Shown here: one piece after another, positions 25,416-35,979 of the stretch
Layout of the letters: every line of letters starts with the position of its first letter
Position numbering within the stretch: position 1 is the first letter of the stretch
Origin: Desulfurivibrionaceae bacterium
Lineage (GTDB): Bacteria > Desulfobacterota > Desulfobulbia > Desulfobulbales > UBA5123
Direction of reading: 5' to 3'
NCBI GenBank assembly: GCA_030145325.1
Contig: JAQYVW010000005.1
Location: 24,749 to 88,748 of the forward strand
Length of the DNA: 64,000 nt
Notes under the pieces: generated by a model
The model's input: the letters and a program-made list of their open reading frames with translations, nothing else
What the model was told of the DNA's origin: nothing
The model's database searches: none
Position numbers and translations under genes: made by a program

Positions 25416-26765
25416 ATGAAAAAAACAAAGAATCCTTTCGTCAGCTTTTTCTCCTCAATGCAGTTGACACTGTTCACCTTCATTAGCTTGGCGGTGTCAT
25501 CCATTATTGGCACCATCATTCTCCAAAATAAGGAGCCAGCCTTTTATGTTAACCAGTATGGGCCGAATCTTGCCAAGATTTTCGAGATTCTTAACATTGG
25601 TGACATGTATAATTCCTGGTGGTTCTTATCTTTATTGGTTTTGCTGAGTCTTAACCTTATTGTCTGTACCATTGACCGGTTGCCCAATGTCTGGCGGATG
25701 GTGGTTCTTGACAACCTGCAAACCACCCCCGAACGTCTCGAGCGGCAGTCGCGGCGGCAGGCATTTCTGGTGGACAATGATCATGCTGGGGCGGTGGCTG
25801 CAGCCAAGGCGGTTCTCGATTCCTTTGGGAAAGGGGTGCAGCAGGCTGATCAGGAGAAAGGGACGCTTCTCTTTATCCAGAAAGGCGCTTGGACCAGACT
25901 TGGTGTTTATGTGGTACATGCCAGTATTTTGATTATCTTCGCCGGCGCTATTATCGGCTCCATATACGGACATAAGGGTGGGGTCACCTTACCTGAGGGA
26001 TCAACCACCAGTTCCATATACCAGTTTGGCAGTAATCAGCTCATTGACCTTGGTTTTGGTATTCGCTGTGATAAGTTTACCCTGAGCTTTTATGACAACG
26101 GCGCTCCCAAGGAGTACCGTTCAGACTTGACGGTTATCAAAGGTGGCAAGGAGGTTCTCAGGAAGTCCATTGTGGTTAATGATCCCCTTGATTACGGCGG
26201 TTATACTTTCTATCAGGCCAGCTATGAGCCTCGAAACGAGATGGTGGTGACCATTGCCAATGAGACCAGCGCCACCGAAAAGACATTTTTGGTGGTGCCG
26301 CGGCGCGAGGTTTCCTGGGCCAACGAAGGGGTAAGCTTTGGAATAGTAAATATTCAGGGATCCAATCGTACCGGTTATGGTTACAAAATCTGGTTTACGG
26401 ATAAACATGGCGAGCCTTCGACTTTCTGGCTTACCGAGGGGATGGCTGGGAAGGTGCAGCGGGCAGCAACCACTTATGCGGTTTCCTTGAAACGTCGTTA
26501 TGCAACCGGCCTGCAAGTTGCCAAAGATCCGGGGGTCTGGTATGTGTATGTAGGTTGTTTGGCCATGCTTTTGGGCTTGTTGGTGGCTTTTTTCCTTTCT
26601 CATCGGCGGGTATGGATATATCTTGCCAAGGAAGGTGATTCCACCCGAATCCTGCTTTCTGGAACCGCTAACAAGAACCGGATCGGTTTTGATAAAGAGT
26701 TTGTGGCCTTAGTTGAAAAAATCAGGTTGAATGACAGCCTTACTCCCAGCAAGGAAGCCTCATGA
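25416..26765 (+). CDS. resB: cytochrome c biogenesis protein ResB/Ccs1 (system II)
   Basis: N-terminal FFSSMQLT..F.. motif, large soluble domain, C-terminal TM. Overlaps ccsA (ATGA). Confidence 0.85.
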   Translation: MKKTKNPFVSFFSSMQLTLFTFISLAVSSIIGTIILQNKEPAFYVNQYGPNLAKIFEILNIGDMYNSWWFLSLLVLLSLNLIVCTIDRLPNVWRMVVLDNLQTTPERLERQSRRQAFLVDNDHAGAVAAAKAVLDSFGKGVQQADQEKGTLLFIQKGAWTRLGVYVVHASILIIFAGAIIGSIYGHKGGVTLPEGSTTSSIYQFGSNQLIDLGFGIRCDKFTLSFYDNGAPKEYRSDLTVIKGGKEVLRKSIVVNDPLDYGGYTFYQASYEPRNEMVVTIANETSATEKTFLVVPRREVSWANEGVSFGIVNIQGSNRTGYGYKIWFTDKHGEPSTFWLTEGMAGKVQRAATTYAVSLKRRYATGLQVAKDPGVWYVYVGCLAMLLGLLVAFFLSHRRVWIYLAKEGDSTRILLSGTANKNRIGFDKEFVALVEKIRLNDSLTPSKEAS

Positions 26766-27619
26766 ACAGTTCACAGCTTTTAGGTTACACCACGTTTGCG
26801 TATCTGTTTTCCACCATTGTTTATATCGCCGTTTTGGTGTTTCGAGCTAAGAAGATCAGCGTGCTTGGAACTATTTTGGCGCTGGTGGGTCTAGTGCTCC
26901 AGACTGCCGGGATCGGCATGCGCTGGATGGAGTCGTATCAGATGGGGATCGGTCATGCGCCGCTCTCGAATATGTACGAGTCATTGGTGGTCTTTGCCTG
27001 GGCCATCGTTGTTTTTTATCTCTTCTTGGAATTGAAGTTTAAAAACCGGATGCTGGGTGGGTTTGCCATGCCTTTCGCGTTTTTCAGTATGGCTTATGCA
27101 TCTTTTGCCAGCGAGATTAATCAGCAGATTTCACCGTTGGTGCCAGCGTTGCAGAGTAATTGGCTTATTGCCCATGTGGTGACCTGTTTTATTGGCTATG
27201 CCGCTTTTGCGGTGGCTTGTGGAATGGGGATCATGTATCTGCTCAAGGCGTGGCATGAGGAACGATTCTCCGCTGGTAGCGGTGAAGGGATCTTTGATTC
27301 CCTGCCACCCCTTAAAGATATTGACGATATTATTTATAAAACCATTGTTTTTGGTTTCCTCTGGCTCAGTACCGGGATCATTACCGGGGCGGTGTGGGCG
27401 AATTCCGCCTGGGGTACCTACTGGAGCTGGGATCCCAAGGAAACCTGGTCCTTGATTACCTGGTTTGTCTATGCCGTCGCTCTCCATGCCCGATTTGTCA
27501 GGGGCTGGGCTGGGAAAAGGATAGCCTGGATTGCCATTATTGGTTTTTTCTCTGTTATCTTTACCTATTATGGCGTTAACTTTCTTCTCTCCGGTTTACA
27601 TAGTTATGGCCGGGCGTGA
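26762..27619 (+). CDS. ccsA: cytochrome c biogenesis protein CcsA/ResC (system II haem lyase subunit)
   Basis: Trp-rich haem-handling motif WGTYWSWDPKETWSLITW. Multi-TM protein. Confidence 0.9.
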   Translation: MNSSQLLGYTTFAYLFSTIVYIAVLVFRAKKISVLGTILALVGLVLQTAGIGMRWMESYQMGIGHAPLSNMYESLVVFAWAIVVFYLFLELKFKNRMLGGFAMPFAFFSMAYASFASEINQQISPLVPALQSNWLIAHVVTCFIGYAAFAVACGMGIMYLLKAWHEERFSAGSGEGIFDSLPPLKDIDDIIYKTIVFGFLWLSTGIITGAVWANSAWGTYWSWDPKETWSLITWFVYAVALHARFVRGWAGKRIAWIAIIGFFSVIFTYYGVNFLLSGLHSYGRA

Positions 27620-27656
27620 TAATGTCGGCTGGATCTCCTGTTGATGATATATCTTC

Positions 27657-27685
27657 TTGACAAAGGGTTTGTGAGGTAATATACA
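27657..27685 (+). promoter_or_regulatory. candidate sigma70 promoter for the cytochrome c3 gene
   Basis: TTGACA, 17-nt spacer, TATACA, about 70 nt upstream of the ATG at 27755. Confidence 0.35.
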
Positions 27686-27754
27686 AACACCTTAATAGTC
27701 TAATAAGTGCTTTTTTTTGTTGTTCATTTATAATTATTTTGAAAGGGGGAAAAG

Positions 27755-28123
27755 ATGAAGAAGATGATTATCTGTACCGCTGCTTTTGCCTTTGCCTTCA
27801 CCTGCGCTGTTGCTGGCGTTAGTGTGGCAGGAAATCACGGACCAGCTGAGATGACTTTGAGTGACACGGGTAAGAAACCTGCTCATTTTCCTCATAAGGC
27901 CCATCAGGATCGTTCAAAATGCTCTGAGTGTCATCATACCGATGGTACCCCCGGATCATATGTTGCTGGCAAGGAAGCCGCCTGTAAAACCTGCCACAAC
28001 AAAGATATGGGTAACAAGAAGTTGAATAGCTTCAAGAAGGTATCTCATAAAAAGTGTAAGGGGTGCCACAAAGCTCACAAGGCTTCCACCAAGTGTAGTA
28101 CGTGTCATCCTAAGAAGAAATAA
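27755..28123 (+). CDS. tetraheme cytochrome c3-family protein
   Basis: Signal peptide plus four CXXCH motifs (CSECH, CKTCH, CKGCH, CSTCH) in 122 aa. Confidence 0.85.
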   Translation: MKKMIICTAAFAFAFTCAVAGVSVAGNHGPAEMTLSDTGKKPAHFPHKAHQDRSKCSECHHTDGTPGSYVAGKEAACKTCHNKDMGNKKLNSFKKVSHKKCKGCHKAHKASTKCSTCHPKKK

Positions 28124-28156
28124 TTACGCTTTAAGCGTTTTCTTCTGTTAAAAAAA

Positions 28157-28189
28157 GGAGCTGCTCATCTGAGCGGCTCCTTTTTTTTT
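28157..28189 (+). terminator. intrinsic terminator
   Basis: GGAGCTGCTC-ATCT-GAGCGGCTCC stem-loop followed by T9. Confidence 0.75.
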
Positions 28190-28218
28190 GTGGCAAGGGA
28201 AGGGTGAGGCCGGAGGCG

Positions 28219-29868
28219 ATGATGGCGGGTCTTGAAAAAGAGCGAATAATGGTTGAGGAAACCTTGCTTTCGCCTGGGGCTGACTTCATTGCCAGGTTTA
28301 TGGCGGTCCGTAATCTCCATGAAATTTTGCGGGACCGTCCCCAGATGGCAACGGTGCGTACTGTTACCATTCTCGGTGCTCTTTTTGCTAACCCCAGTCT
28401 GACAGGTGAGCGACAGGTGTTGTTCCTTTTTCGGGAGGCAGCAGGTGCTTTGTTGTGCATTTTTGTCGGTGAAGTCGCCTCTTTGGGTGAGGTGGCCCTG
28501 CAGTGGTTGTATGGGGTGTTGCGGGAAGGTTCTGGGGCGGCTCAGCGAGCTGTTTGCGAGAGTTTGGCCGGTCTGCCCTTAGCCATCGCTGCCCCGTTCT
28601 CCTTGGCAGCTGTAACAGCGGAGCCGCCCCTGCTCTCCTGGCGGGATTTACCGGAAGCGACCATGGTCGATTTCGATGCTGAGATCTCTTTTGTCGGTCG
28701 TAGTTTGGTGGCACCTCTGCTGGGTGGGGCGGAACTGTTGGTGGTGAAGTTTGCTCGCCCCAATGACAGTTTGTCAGCGTTGGGTAGAGAGGCGCAGTGG
28801 CTCTCCTGGTTGCGGAGCAACAACGAAGTTCTTGATCCCTTGTTCGTGGTACCTCGGGCTCTTTGTCCTCTGGAAAGTTTTTTGTTCAGGCTTGATGATC
28901 TGCCCATTACCTTGCCGCCGCATCTCTCGTTACATCCCCTTGGTTTTGCCATCGCTTTTGTTGCTCCTGCAAATTACTATTCGTATCTAAACGAACCGGG
29001 GAACGGCCTGGATGATGAAAGTTTTTCTCCTCTGCTGGCCTGGAATGCTAAGTTGTTTGCTAAGCTGGCCGGGATGGGTATTATTCATGATGCCTTAATC
29101 CCGCTTTTTCATAATCGGGTGCAGCTGGATCGGCGTGAGGATGGCGGCTCCTATGACTGGGTTTTGGGCGGTCGCTTGGATCGGTGGCTGGCCTCTTGCG
29201 AACATCCTAATCTTGGCGTTGGTGGTCCGCGAGATTTTGAACATTTGGGCGTTATTGATGATCTTCGCCCTGGCGAACTTTATCGGCAATTGGGCGCGCA
29301 TTTTTTGAGTATGTTGTTGGTGGCGGCGAGCTATTTTCGCAAGAAGGAGCCAGTCTGCATGGGCCAGCATCTGGACGGGTCGCCGGTGGATGCCCGGCAC
29401 CTTTTTGATGCCTCTCTCCTTGAGCAGGTGATAGAGGATATGTATCGTGCCTATTATTTCGCTTTTACCGGCCAGCGAGCCCAGGCGCAACTGCCCTTTT
29501 CTCTGCCGCGTTTGACTTCTCGGATGATTGAGGAGATGGGGGTTGATCATCATATGGAGGAAGTGTTGCGTCTTGTTGATCAGAAGAAGATGAGCGATGA
29601 TGAATTTGTTGTTTTTCTTCGTCAGCGCGGCTTTTCGGCTCGTCGTTGCGCTGAGCTAAGGCGTGGTGATGGGGATGTTGTACTGGTCACCGGGCCTCAT
29701 CTCGGTGGTTTTAATCAGGCTATCTCCCTTCCTGAATTGGTTGAAGCCGTGGGCGGAATGGCAGCCATGTGCGTGTTGGGTCGTTATCAGGCTGAGAATG
29801 GTCTTGCGGAGAGCCCATTGGTGGCGGATGGGGAAGAGGCATTGGCTGATTGTCTACAGATGGGCTAG
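28219..29868 (+). CDS. hypothetical protein (~550 aa)
   Basis: Long ORF with host-like composition. GGAGG lies just upstream of the tandem ATGs at 28219/28222. No motif confidently recognised. Confidence 0.6.
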   Translation: MMAGLEKERIMVEETLLSPGADFIARFMAVRNLHEILRDRPQMATVRTVTILGALFANPSLTGERQVLFLFREAAGALLCIFVGEVASLGEVALQWLYGVLREGSGAAQRAVCESLAGLPLAIAAPFSLAAVTAEPPLLSWRDLPEATMVDFDAEISFVGRSLVAPLLGGAELLVVKFARPNDSLSALGREAQWLSWLRSNNEVLDPLFVVPRALCPLESFLFRLDDLPITLPPHLSLHPLGFAIAFVAPANYYSYLNEPGNGLDDESFSPLLAWNAKLFAKLAGMGIIHDALIPLFHNRVQLDRREDGGSYDWVLGGRLDRWLASCEHPNLGVGGPRDFEHLGVIDDLRPGELYRQLGAHFLSMLLVAASYFRKKEPVCMGQHLDGSPVDARHLFDASLLEQVIEDMYRAYYFAFTGQRAQAQLPFSLPRLTSRMIEEMGVDHHMEEVLRLVDQKKMSDDEFVVFLRQRGFSARRCAELRRGDGDVVLVTGPHLGGFNQAISLPELVEAVGGMAAMCVLGRYQAENGLAESPLVADGEEALADCLQMG

Positions 29869-30059
29869 GAACGGTTGGGGAATTCTAATCGTAACGAAAA
29901 GTCCTTGAGTTGTTGGCCGCTTCTTTTCATTTCGGACTCTATACTATCTGCAGTCGATTTGGAATTTTCTGACCCGTTTCTAGGGATGAAAAAGTATTTG
30001 CCGCCTCTTAGCGGACGATGTTTTGTTTGCTATGGTCAACTGCGGCTGGGGAGGGAGTT

Positions 30060-31022
30060 ATGCGTGGGGCTTTTTTTGACGAGAAATTAAAAATCCGCGA
30101 TGATTGTTCGAAGCCCGTCCCCGGTCCTGGCGAGGCCTTGGTACGGGTGAGGCTGGCCGGGATCTGTGCCACCGATCTTGAGATCTTGAAAGGTTATTCT
30201 GGTTTTGCCGGCATCCCTGGCCATGAATTTGTTGGGGTGGTGGAGTCGGTTGCTGACTTAGGCGGTGAGCTTGTCGGCCAGCGAGTGGTGGGGGAAATCA
30301 ATATCGGCTGTGGGAGTTGTGATTGTTGTATCGCCGGGCTTTCGAACCATTGCCGGGCGCGGCAGGTATTGGGCATTCGCGACAAAGATGGTTGTTTTGC
30401 TGATTATGTGACCTTGCCCATTGCTAATCTTCATCCGGTACCCAGTTCAATCAGCGACCAGGAAGCGGTTTTTATCGAGCCGTTGGCGGCAGCCTTTGCT
30501 GTTTTGCCGCATTTGCACACCGCCAGAGAGACGGAGGTGCTTGTCCTTGGTGATGGCAGGCTCGGCCTGCTTATTGCCCAGGTGCTTAAAGGTGCGGGGG
30601 CGGTAGTATCCTTGGTTGGGCGTCATACTGGAAAACTTGCCCTGGCTCGCCAATTGGGGATCAAAGCAATCATGAGCGAGGAACTGGCAGGGGAAAAAGA
30701 GTACCAGTTTGTGGTTGAGGCCACCGGTTCACCCGCCGGTTTGGTAACGGCCTTGCAACAGGTGCGGCCACGTGGAGTCATTGTCCTTAAGAGTACCATG
30801 GCGGCAGGAGTTGCTGTTGATCTGACCTCGGCAGTGGTGGACGAGATCACCGTGGTTGGTTCTCGTTGTGGGCCCTTTGCCCCTGCTTTGGCGGCCCTTG
30901 CCGCCAAAAGGGTTGCTGTTTTGCCATTGCTTGATACCGTTTTTCCGGCGGGGCAGTTCCCGGCGGCGATGGCCAGGGCTGCCACCCCTGGGGTTTTGAA
31001 AGTTCTCCTTGATTTTTGTTGA
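30060..31022 (+). CDS. zinc-dependent alcohol dehydrogenase family (MDR) oxidoreductase
   Basis: GICATDLE, GHEFVG.V, structural-zinc Cys cluster CGSCDCCIAGLSNHC, and Rossmann VLGDGRLG. GGAGGGAG RBS before this ATG. Confidence 0.85.
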   Translation: MRGAFFDEKLKIRDDCSKPVPGPGEALVRVRLAGICATDLEILKGYSGFAGIPGHEFVGVVESVADLGGELVGQRVVGEINIGCGSCDCCIAGLSNHCRARQVLGIRDKDGCFADYVTLPIANLHPVPSSISDQEAVFIEPLAAAFAVLPHLHTARETEVLVLGDGRLGLLIAQVLKGAGAVVSLVGRHTGKLALARQLGIKAIMSEELAGEKEYQFVVEATGSPAGLVTALQQVRPRGVIVLKSTMAAGVAVDLTSAVVDEITVVGSRCGPFAPALAALAAKRVAVLPLLDTVFPAGQFPAAMARAATPGVLKVLLDFC

Positions 31023-31136
31023 GACAGAGGGCGGCTGTTTCCTGGGCGGTGGCAGGGTTGACCATGGTTGGCGTCAGTGGTATATTCCGTCCCTTGTCGG
31101 TGCCGGATTCTTGGTGCTTTTTAACGATTTATTTGG

Positions 31137-31928
31137 ATGGATTTTATGATGACGAATGTTACTGACCTGGAAAAACAATTTCCCGATGGGATGGTTCCCA
31201 TTGGTAAGGGAACCTTTAGATTTAGTTGTCATGCTGATCTTTCGTGTTATACCCAGTGCTGTCGGCGTCAGAATATCTTTCTCTATCCATACGACATCAT
31301 CCGCCTTAAAGAGCGGTTGGGGATCAGTTCTGAGGAGTTTTTGAACAAGCACACCGGGGCAGTTAAGGGTCAGAACCCCTATTTCCCCTCCATCATGTTG
31401 CAGATGGCCGAGAATGAGGAGCAAACTTGTCCATTCTTAGGTGATGGTGGTTGCACCGTCTATGAGGATCGTCCTTCGGCCTGCCGCACCTATCCGTTGG
31501 AACGGGCCGTGGATCGTAATCCTGCCAAGGGGCAGCCCCGTGAGTATTATTTCCTCACCGATCATCCCTATTGCAAGGGCCATGGTGAAGACAAGGAGTG
31601 GACGGTCAAGGAGTGGTTGCGCGATCAGCAGTTGCTGCAGTACAACCAGATGGATGAGCTCTGGGCCGAGGTGGATACCGTTTTCGCCGCCAACCCATGG
31701 CAGGGTGAGGGGGCGGCCGGGCCGCGGCAACAGGTGGCGTTCATGGTCTGTTATAATATCGACCGTTTCCGGCAATATGTGGCAGATTTTAAGTTGCTGG
31801 ATGAATTCAAGATCGACAAGCAGCGCCTGCGCGCCATTGAGTCCGGTGATGAATCATTGCTCCGTTTCGGTTATGATTGGCTGAAATTGATTCTTGCCAA
31901 CACTCCCACGCTTAAGCGGCGTCGCTAG
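31137..31928 (+). CDS. YkgJ-family (CxxCxxCC) cysteine-cluster protein
   Basis: C..DLSCYTQCC and CPFLGDGGCTVYEDRPSACRTYP motifs. Confidence 0.7.
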   Translation: MDFMMTNVTDLEKQFPDGMVPIGKGTFRFSCHADLSCYTQCCRRQNIFLYPYDIIRLKERLGISSEEFLNKHTGAVKGQNPYFPSIMLQMAENEEQTCPFLGDGGCTVYEDRPSACRTYPLERAVDRNPAKGQPREYYFLTDHPYCKGHGEDKEWTVKEWLRDQQLLQYNQMDELWAEVDTVFAANPWQGEGAAGPRQQVAFMVCYNIDRFRQYVADFKLLDEFKIDKQRLRAIESGDESLLRFGYDWLKLILANTPTLKRRR

Positions 31929-32145
31929 TTGCTTTCCAACTGCTAGCGACTCTGCCGATCGTCGAAAAATATCTTTCCTAAATGGCAAGGTTAAGGCTGG
32001 CGAATGGGAGTCCTTCCCATTTTGCGGTGATCCGGAATATCAATATTTTAAAAAGAAAGTGGCTCAGTTCGAGCAGTTAGGCCATAAACGCGTTTGCGTT
32101 GTCGCTGGCTGGGCAGGGTTGTAGACGGCTTGTCTAGGGTTGGGG

Positions 32146-33108
32146 TTAGTGTACCTCTTGGCCGAGATAATCTTCCACTGTTTGGCGAAGCTCGGTGAAG
32201 TTTTTGCATTCGTAAATTTTTGCCCGGATGGTGCTGCCGCCATGTAAGCCCTTGAGGTATTTACCGGCGTGATTTTTAGTCTTGGCCAGCACTCGTTCTA
32301 CAGGGAAGAAGCGAGCGATTAATTCCAGATGGCGTTTGAGGGCGGTGAGTCGGCTCTGCCGTGATGGCATCATCGCTCCGCTTTTAAAAATTTGTGGGTT
32401 CCCTAAGGCGGCGCGACCGATCATCACCCCATCGCAGCCGGTTTTTTTGATCATTTTCTCCCCGTCCTCGTGGGAGAGGATATCGCCGTTACCGATCACC
32501 GGGATGGTTACCGCCTTCTTCACCGCCCGGATCACCTCCCAGTCGACTTCACCGGAAAAGCCGTCCGTCCAGGTGCGAGCGTGCACCGTCACCATGGCCG
32601 CCCCTGCATCCTCAGCCATTTTGGCAAAATCAACTGCAGTGATGGTGTGATGATTCCAGCCGGAGCGGAATTTCACTGTTACCGGCACTTGTGAGTTATC
32701 CACCACTTGGCGAATGATTTCTCCGGCCAGTTTCTGGTTCCGCATCAGGGCGCAGCCCGCGCCTCGTTTGATCACCTTTTTTACCGGGCAACCCATATTG
32801 ATGTCAATGCAGTCTGTTGCCACCATCTCGCAGAGGATTGCCGCCGCCTCGCCCATGATTTCGGGTTCGGAACCGAAGAGTTGCATGTTCACCGGTCGCT
32901 CTTCGGCCACGGTTTGCAGGAGGTCAAAGGTATTCTGTTGGCGATAGACCAGGCCGTGGCTGCTGACCATCTCTGAATAGCAAAGATCGGCTCCGTACTC
33001 GCGGCAAAGAAGCCGAAAAGCGAGATCGGTGTAACCGGCCAAGGGGGCGAGGATAAAGGGCTTGTCCAGGGTAAGAGAATTGATCTGCATAGGTATTTTA
33101 AAAGCCAA
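32146..33108 (-). CDS. dusB: tRNA-dihydrouridine synthase
   Basis: LAPLAGYTDLAFR, DINMGCP..KV, and a TIM-barrel FMN pattern typical of the Dus family. Confidence 0.88.
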   Translation of the reverse strand: MAFKIPMQINSLTLDKPFILAPLAGYTDLAFRLLCREYGADLCYSEMVSSHGLVYRQQNTFDLLQTVAEERPVNMQLFGSEPEIMGEAAAILCEMVATDCIDINMGCPVKKVIKRGAGCALMRNQKLAGEIIRQVVDNSQVPVTVKFRSGWNHHTITAVDFAKMAEDAGAAMVTVHARTWTDGFSGEVDWEVIRAVKKAVTIPVIGNGDILSHEDGEKMIKKTGCDGVMIGRAALGNPQIFKSGAMMPSRQSRLTALKRHLELIARFFPVERVLAKTKNHAGKYLKGLHGGSTIRAKIYECKNFTELRQTVEDYLGQEVH

Positions 33109-33168
33109 CGCCTGCCGGGATATTCTCTCCTGGCAGGCGTTGTTTATTGGTGATGATGTCGTTATTGT

Positions 33169-35163
33169 TTACAGGACGGCTTCCACAGCTGCCACCACGT
33201 TTTCCACGGTGAAGCCAAAGAGTTTAAACAGTTCACCGGCCGGGGCGGATTCGCCGAAGCGGTCGAGACCCACCACCTTGCCGTTCAAGCCCACATACTT
33301 GTACCAGCCGTCGCTAACCCCGGCTTCCACAGCCACCCTGGCGGTAACCGAGGCGGGCAGAACTGAATCACGATAGGCTTGATCCTGAGTGTCATAAAGA
33401 TTGGTGCAGGGCATGGATACCACGCGAACTTTCTTGCCCTTGTCGGTAAGGGTTTGGGCCGCAGCCATGGCCAGTTCCACCTCGGAGCCGGTGGCGATAA
33501 GGATCGCGTCCGGGGTGTCGCAGCCACAATCCTTTAAGATATAGCCGCCGCGACTGATAGCGGCGATTTGCTCAGCGCTGCGCTCCATGTGCGGCAGGTT
33601 CTGGCGAGAGAAGGCAAGGCAGCTTGGCCCGTCTGCTTTTTCGATGGCTGATTTCCAGGCCACTGCCGACTCCACCGCGTCACAGGGACGCCAGATGTGG
33701 GCGTTGGGGATCATTCGTAAGGTGGCGATCTGCTCCACCGGTTGATGGGTGGGGCCGTCTTCGCCCAGACCGATGGAGTCATGGGTGAGTACCTGGATGG
33801 TGTGTGATTTCATCAACGCCGACATTCTTATTGCGTTGCGGGCGTATTCCGAGAAAATCAGAAAGGTGGCGCCATAGGGGATGAAACCGCCATGGAGGGC
33901 GATACCGTTCATGATTGCGGCCATCCCGAACTCACGAACCCCGTAGTAGATATAGTTGCCGTCCATATCGTTCTGGATGCCGCGACTGCCGGACCAGATA
34001 GTCAGGTTGGAACCGGCAAGATCAGCAGAGCCGCCCATGAATTCCGGCAGGGTGGGGCCGTAGCCGTTCAGGCAATTTTGCGAGGCCTTGCGGGTGGCTA
34101 CCTTTTCTGCCTTGGCGTTAACCTCGGCGATATAAGCGTCAGCTTTGCTGGCCCAGTCCGCAGGCAGGTCGCCGGCCAAGCGGCGTTCAAGCTCAGCGGC
34201 AAGCACGGGGTGCGCGCTCTTGTAGGCTGCCAGCTGCTCATTCCATTTTGCTTCTTTCTCCGCCCCCTTCTCCTTGGCGTTCCAGCAGGTATAGATATTT
34301 TCCGGCACCGCAAAGGGGCCATGGGGCCAACCCAGTTTGGCGCGGGTAAGTTTGATCTCATCCTCGCCCAGGGGCGCGCCGTGGCAGTCTTCCTTGCCCT
34401 GTTTATTGGGCGACCCATAGCCGATTACGGTCTTGCAGCAGATCAGGCTTGGTTTGTCAGTAACCTTGCGTGCTTCCTCGGTGGCTTTCTTGACGGCTTC
34501 GGGATCATGGCCGTCGATGTTGTCCACCACATGCCAGCCATAGGCGCGGAAGCGGGCCGGGGTGTCGTCGGTGAACCAGCCTTCCACCTCGCCGTCAATG
34601 GAAATGCCGTTGTCGTCGTAAAAGGCTACCAACTTGCCAAGTTTCAGGGTGCCAGCCAGGGAACAAACCTCGTGGGAGATCCCTTCCATCATGCAGCCGT
34701 CGCCCATGAAAACATAGGTGTGGTGGTCGATTATCTGGTGCCCAGGCTGGTTGAATTGTCCACCCAAGGTCTTTTCAGCGATGGCCATGCCCACGGCATT
34801 GGCGATACCCTGGCCCAAGGGGCCGGTGGTGGTTTCAACGCCGGGGGTGTATCCGTATTCTGGGTGACCAGGGGTTTTGGCGTGCAGTTGGCGAAAGTTC
34901 TTGATCTCTTCAATGGGCAGATCGTAGCCGGTGAGGTGGAGGAGGGAGTAGATGAGCATGGAGCCGTGTCCGTTTGACAGCACGAAGCGATCCCGGTTAG
35001 CCCATTTGGGATTGGCCGGGTTGTGGTTAAGAAAATCGTTCCACAGTACTTCGGCGATATCCGCCATGCCCATGGGGGCACCTGGATGTCCAGATTTAGC
35101 TTTTTGAATGGCGTCCATACTCAGGGCGCGGATGGCGTTGGCAAGGTCTTTGCGCGACGGCAT
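33169..35163 (-). CDS. tkt: transketolase
   Basis: [32 protein letters not shown]. Length 664 aa. Confidence 0.95.
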   Translation of the reverse strand: MPSRKDLANAIRALSMDAIQKAKSGHPGAPMGMADIAEVLWNDFLNHNPANPKWANRDRFVLSNGHGSMLIYSLLHLTGYDLPIEEIKNFRQLHAKTPGHPEYGYTPGVETTTGPLGQGIANAVGMAIAEKTLGGQFNQPGHQIIDHHTYVFMGDGCMMEGISHEVCSLAGTLKLGKLVAFYDDNGISIDGEVEGWFTDDTPARFRAYGWHVVDNIDGHDPEAVKKATEEARKVTDKPSLICCKTVIGYGSPNKQGKEDCHGAPLGEDEIKLTRAKLGWPHGPFAVPENIYTCWNAKEKGAEKEAKWNEQLAAYKSAHPVLAAELERRLAGDLPADWASKADAYIAEVNAKAEKVATRKASQNCLNGYGPTLPEFMGGSADLAGSNLTIWSGSRGIQNDMDGNYIYYGVREFGMAAIMNGIALHGGFIPYGATFLIFSEYARNAIRMSALMKSHTIQVLTHDSIGLGEDGPTHQPVEQIATLRMIPNAHIWRPCDAVESAVAWKSAIEKADGPSCLAFSRQNLPHMERSAEQIAAISRGGYILKDCGCDTPDAILIATGSEVELAMAAAQTLTDKGKKVRVVSMPCTNLYDTQDQAYRDSVLPASVTARVAVEAGVSDGWYKYVGLNGKVVGLDRFGESAPAGELFKLFGFTVENVVAAVEAVL

Positions 35164-35345
35164 TGTCTTCCTCCAGCGGCTTTATGGTGATTGATCGTTC
35201 GGGTGTCGTTATTAAGGGTGCAAACGCGTCCAGACCGCACTTTGCAGGTTAATTACCATGGAAGGGCGGGGCTTTTTCGGGGACGGTGGTAAGCATTGAT
35301 CCAATTTTGTATCTATATACAAGTGGTAGAGCTAAAATACCAGCC

Positions 35346-35939
35346 TTATTCGGAGCCGGTTTTCTCTGGCGAAGTTTCTTCTCTGGGTTCGGTTTGCGTT
35401 GCCGCTTGTTTTTTCCGCAGCTCGACCATGGTGTTCAGGAAGCGAACATATATTTTTTCGCCCAAATCATCAGATATCTCGTTCAGTGCTTTTTGCCGTT
35501 CACTGTTGGTAGAAAGGGCATCTGCGGTGATTAGATACGATTTTGAAAAGATGTAGCGGGTTTCTGGCCAGATGGTTTTGCCGTTGACGGCGTCTTGCAA
35601 GGAGTAGCTAACCGTAAGGCGTACCGTCCCTAAAGAACTGCTGAGGTCTATGGAGCGGATGGTGCCGTTGAGGATATATTTAGCTTCAGCCCCCTTCTTC
35701 TTAAGGAGGATGTATTCAGAACCCTGCAGCCAATTGGCAACGGTGTTGTAAACCTCGGACTCTAAACCGAATTCGTTGGTGTTGTTATTCCAGATGGGCA
35801 TATAAAGTGGCAGTGGCTCTCCTCCTTTTAAGCCAGGTAAATCGTACATCCGTGACATTGGTTGGTAGCCACAGGCAACAAACAGGACAGGGATGAGGAG
35901 GGTGATGAGAAAGCCAAATGGCCGCTTTACCTTGAGCAT
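35346..35939 (-). CDS. lptE: LptE-like LPS-assembly lipoprotein
   Basis: Lipoprotein signal with lipobox FVAC. Sits directly downstream of leuS, the conserved leuS-lptE arrangement. The call rests mostly on context. Confidence 0.55.
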   Translation of the reverse strand: MLKVKRPFGFLITLLIPVLFVACGYQPMSRMYDLPGLKGGEPLPLYMPIWNNNTNEFGLESEVYNTVANWLQGSEYILLKKKGAEAKYILNGTIRSIDLSSSLGTVRLTVSYSLQDAVNGKTIWPETRYIFSKSYLITADALSTNSERQKALNEISDDLGEKIYVRFLNTMVELRKKQAATQTEPREETSPEKTGSE

Positions 35940-35979
35940 GGGGCGATCCTTTCTTGTGCAGATTGGTAGTTATGCATGC

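Noticed and set aside
33892-34977. 361-aa ORF antisense to tkt
   Set aside because: Shadow ORF opposite transketolase.
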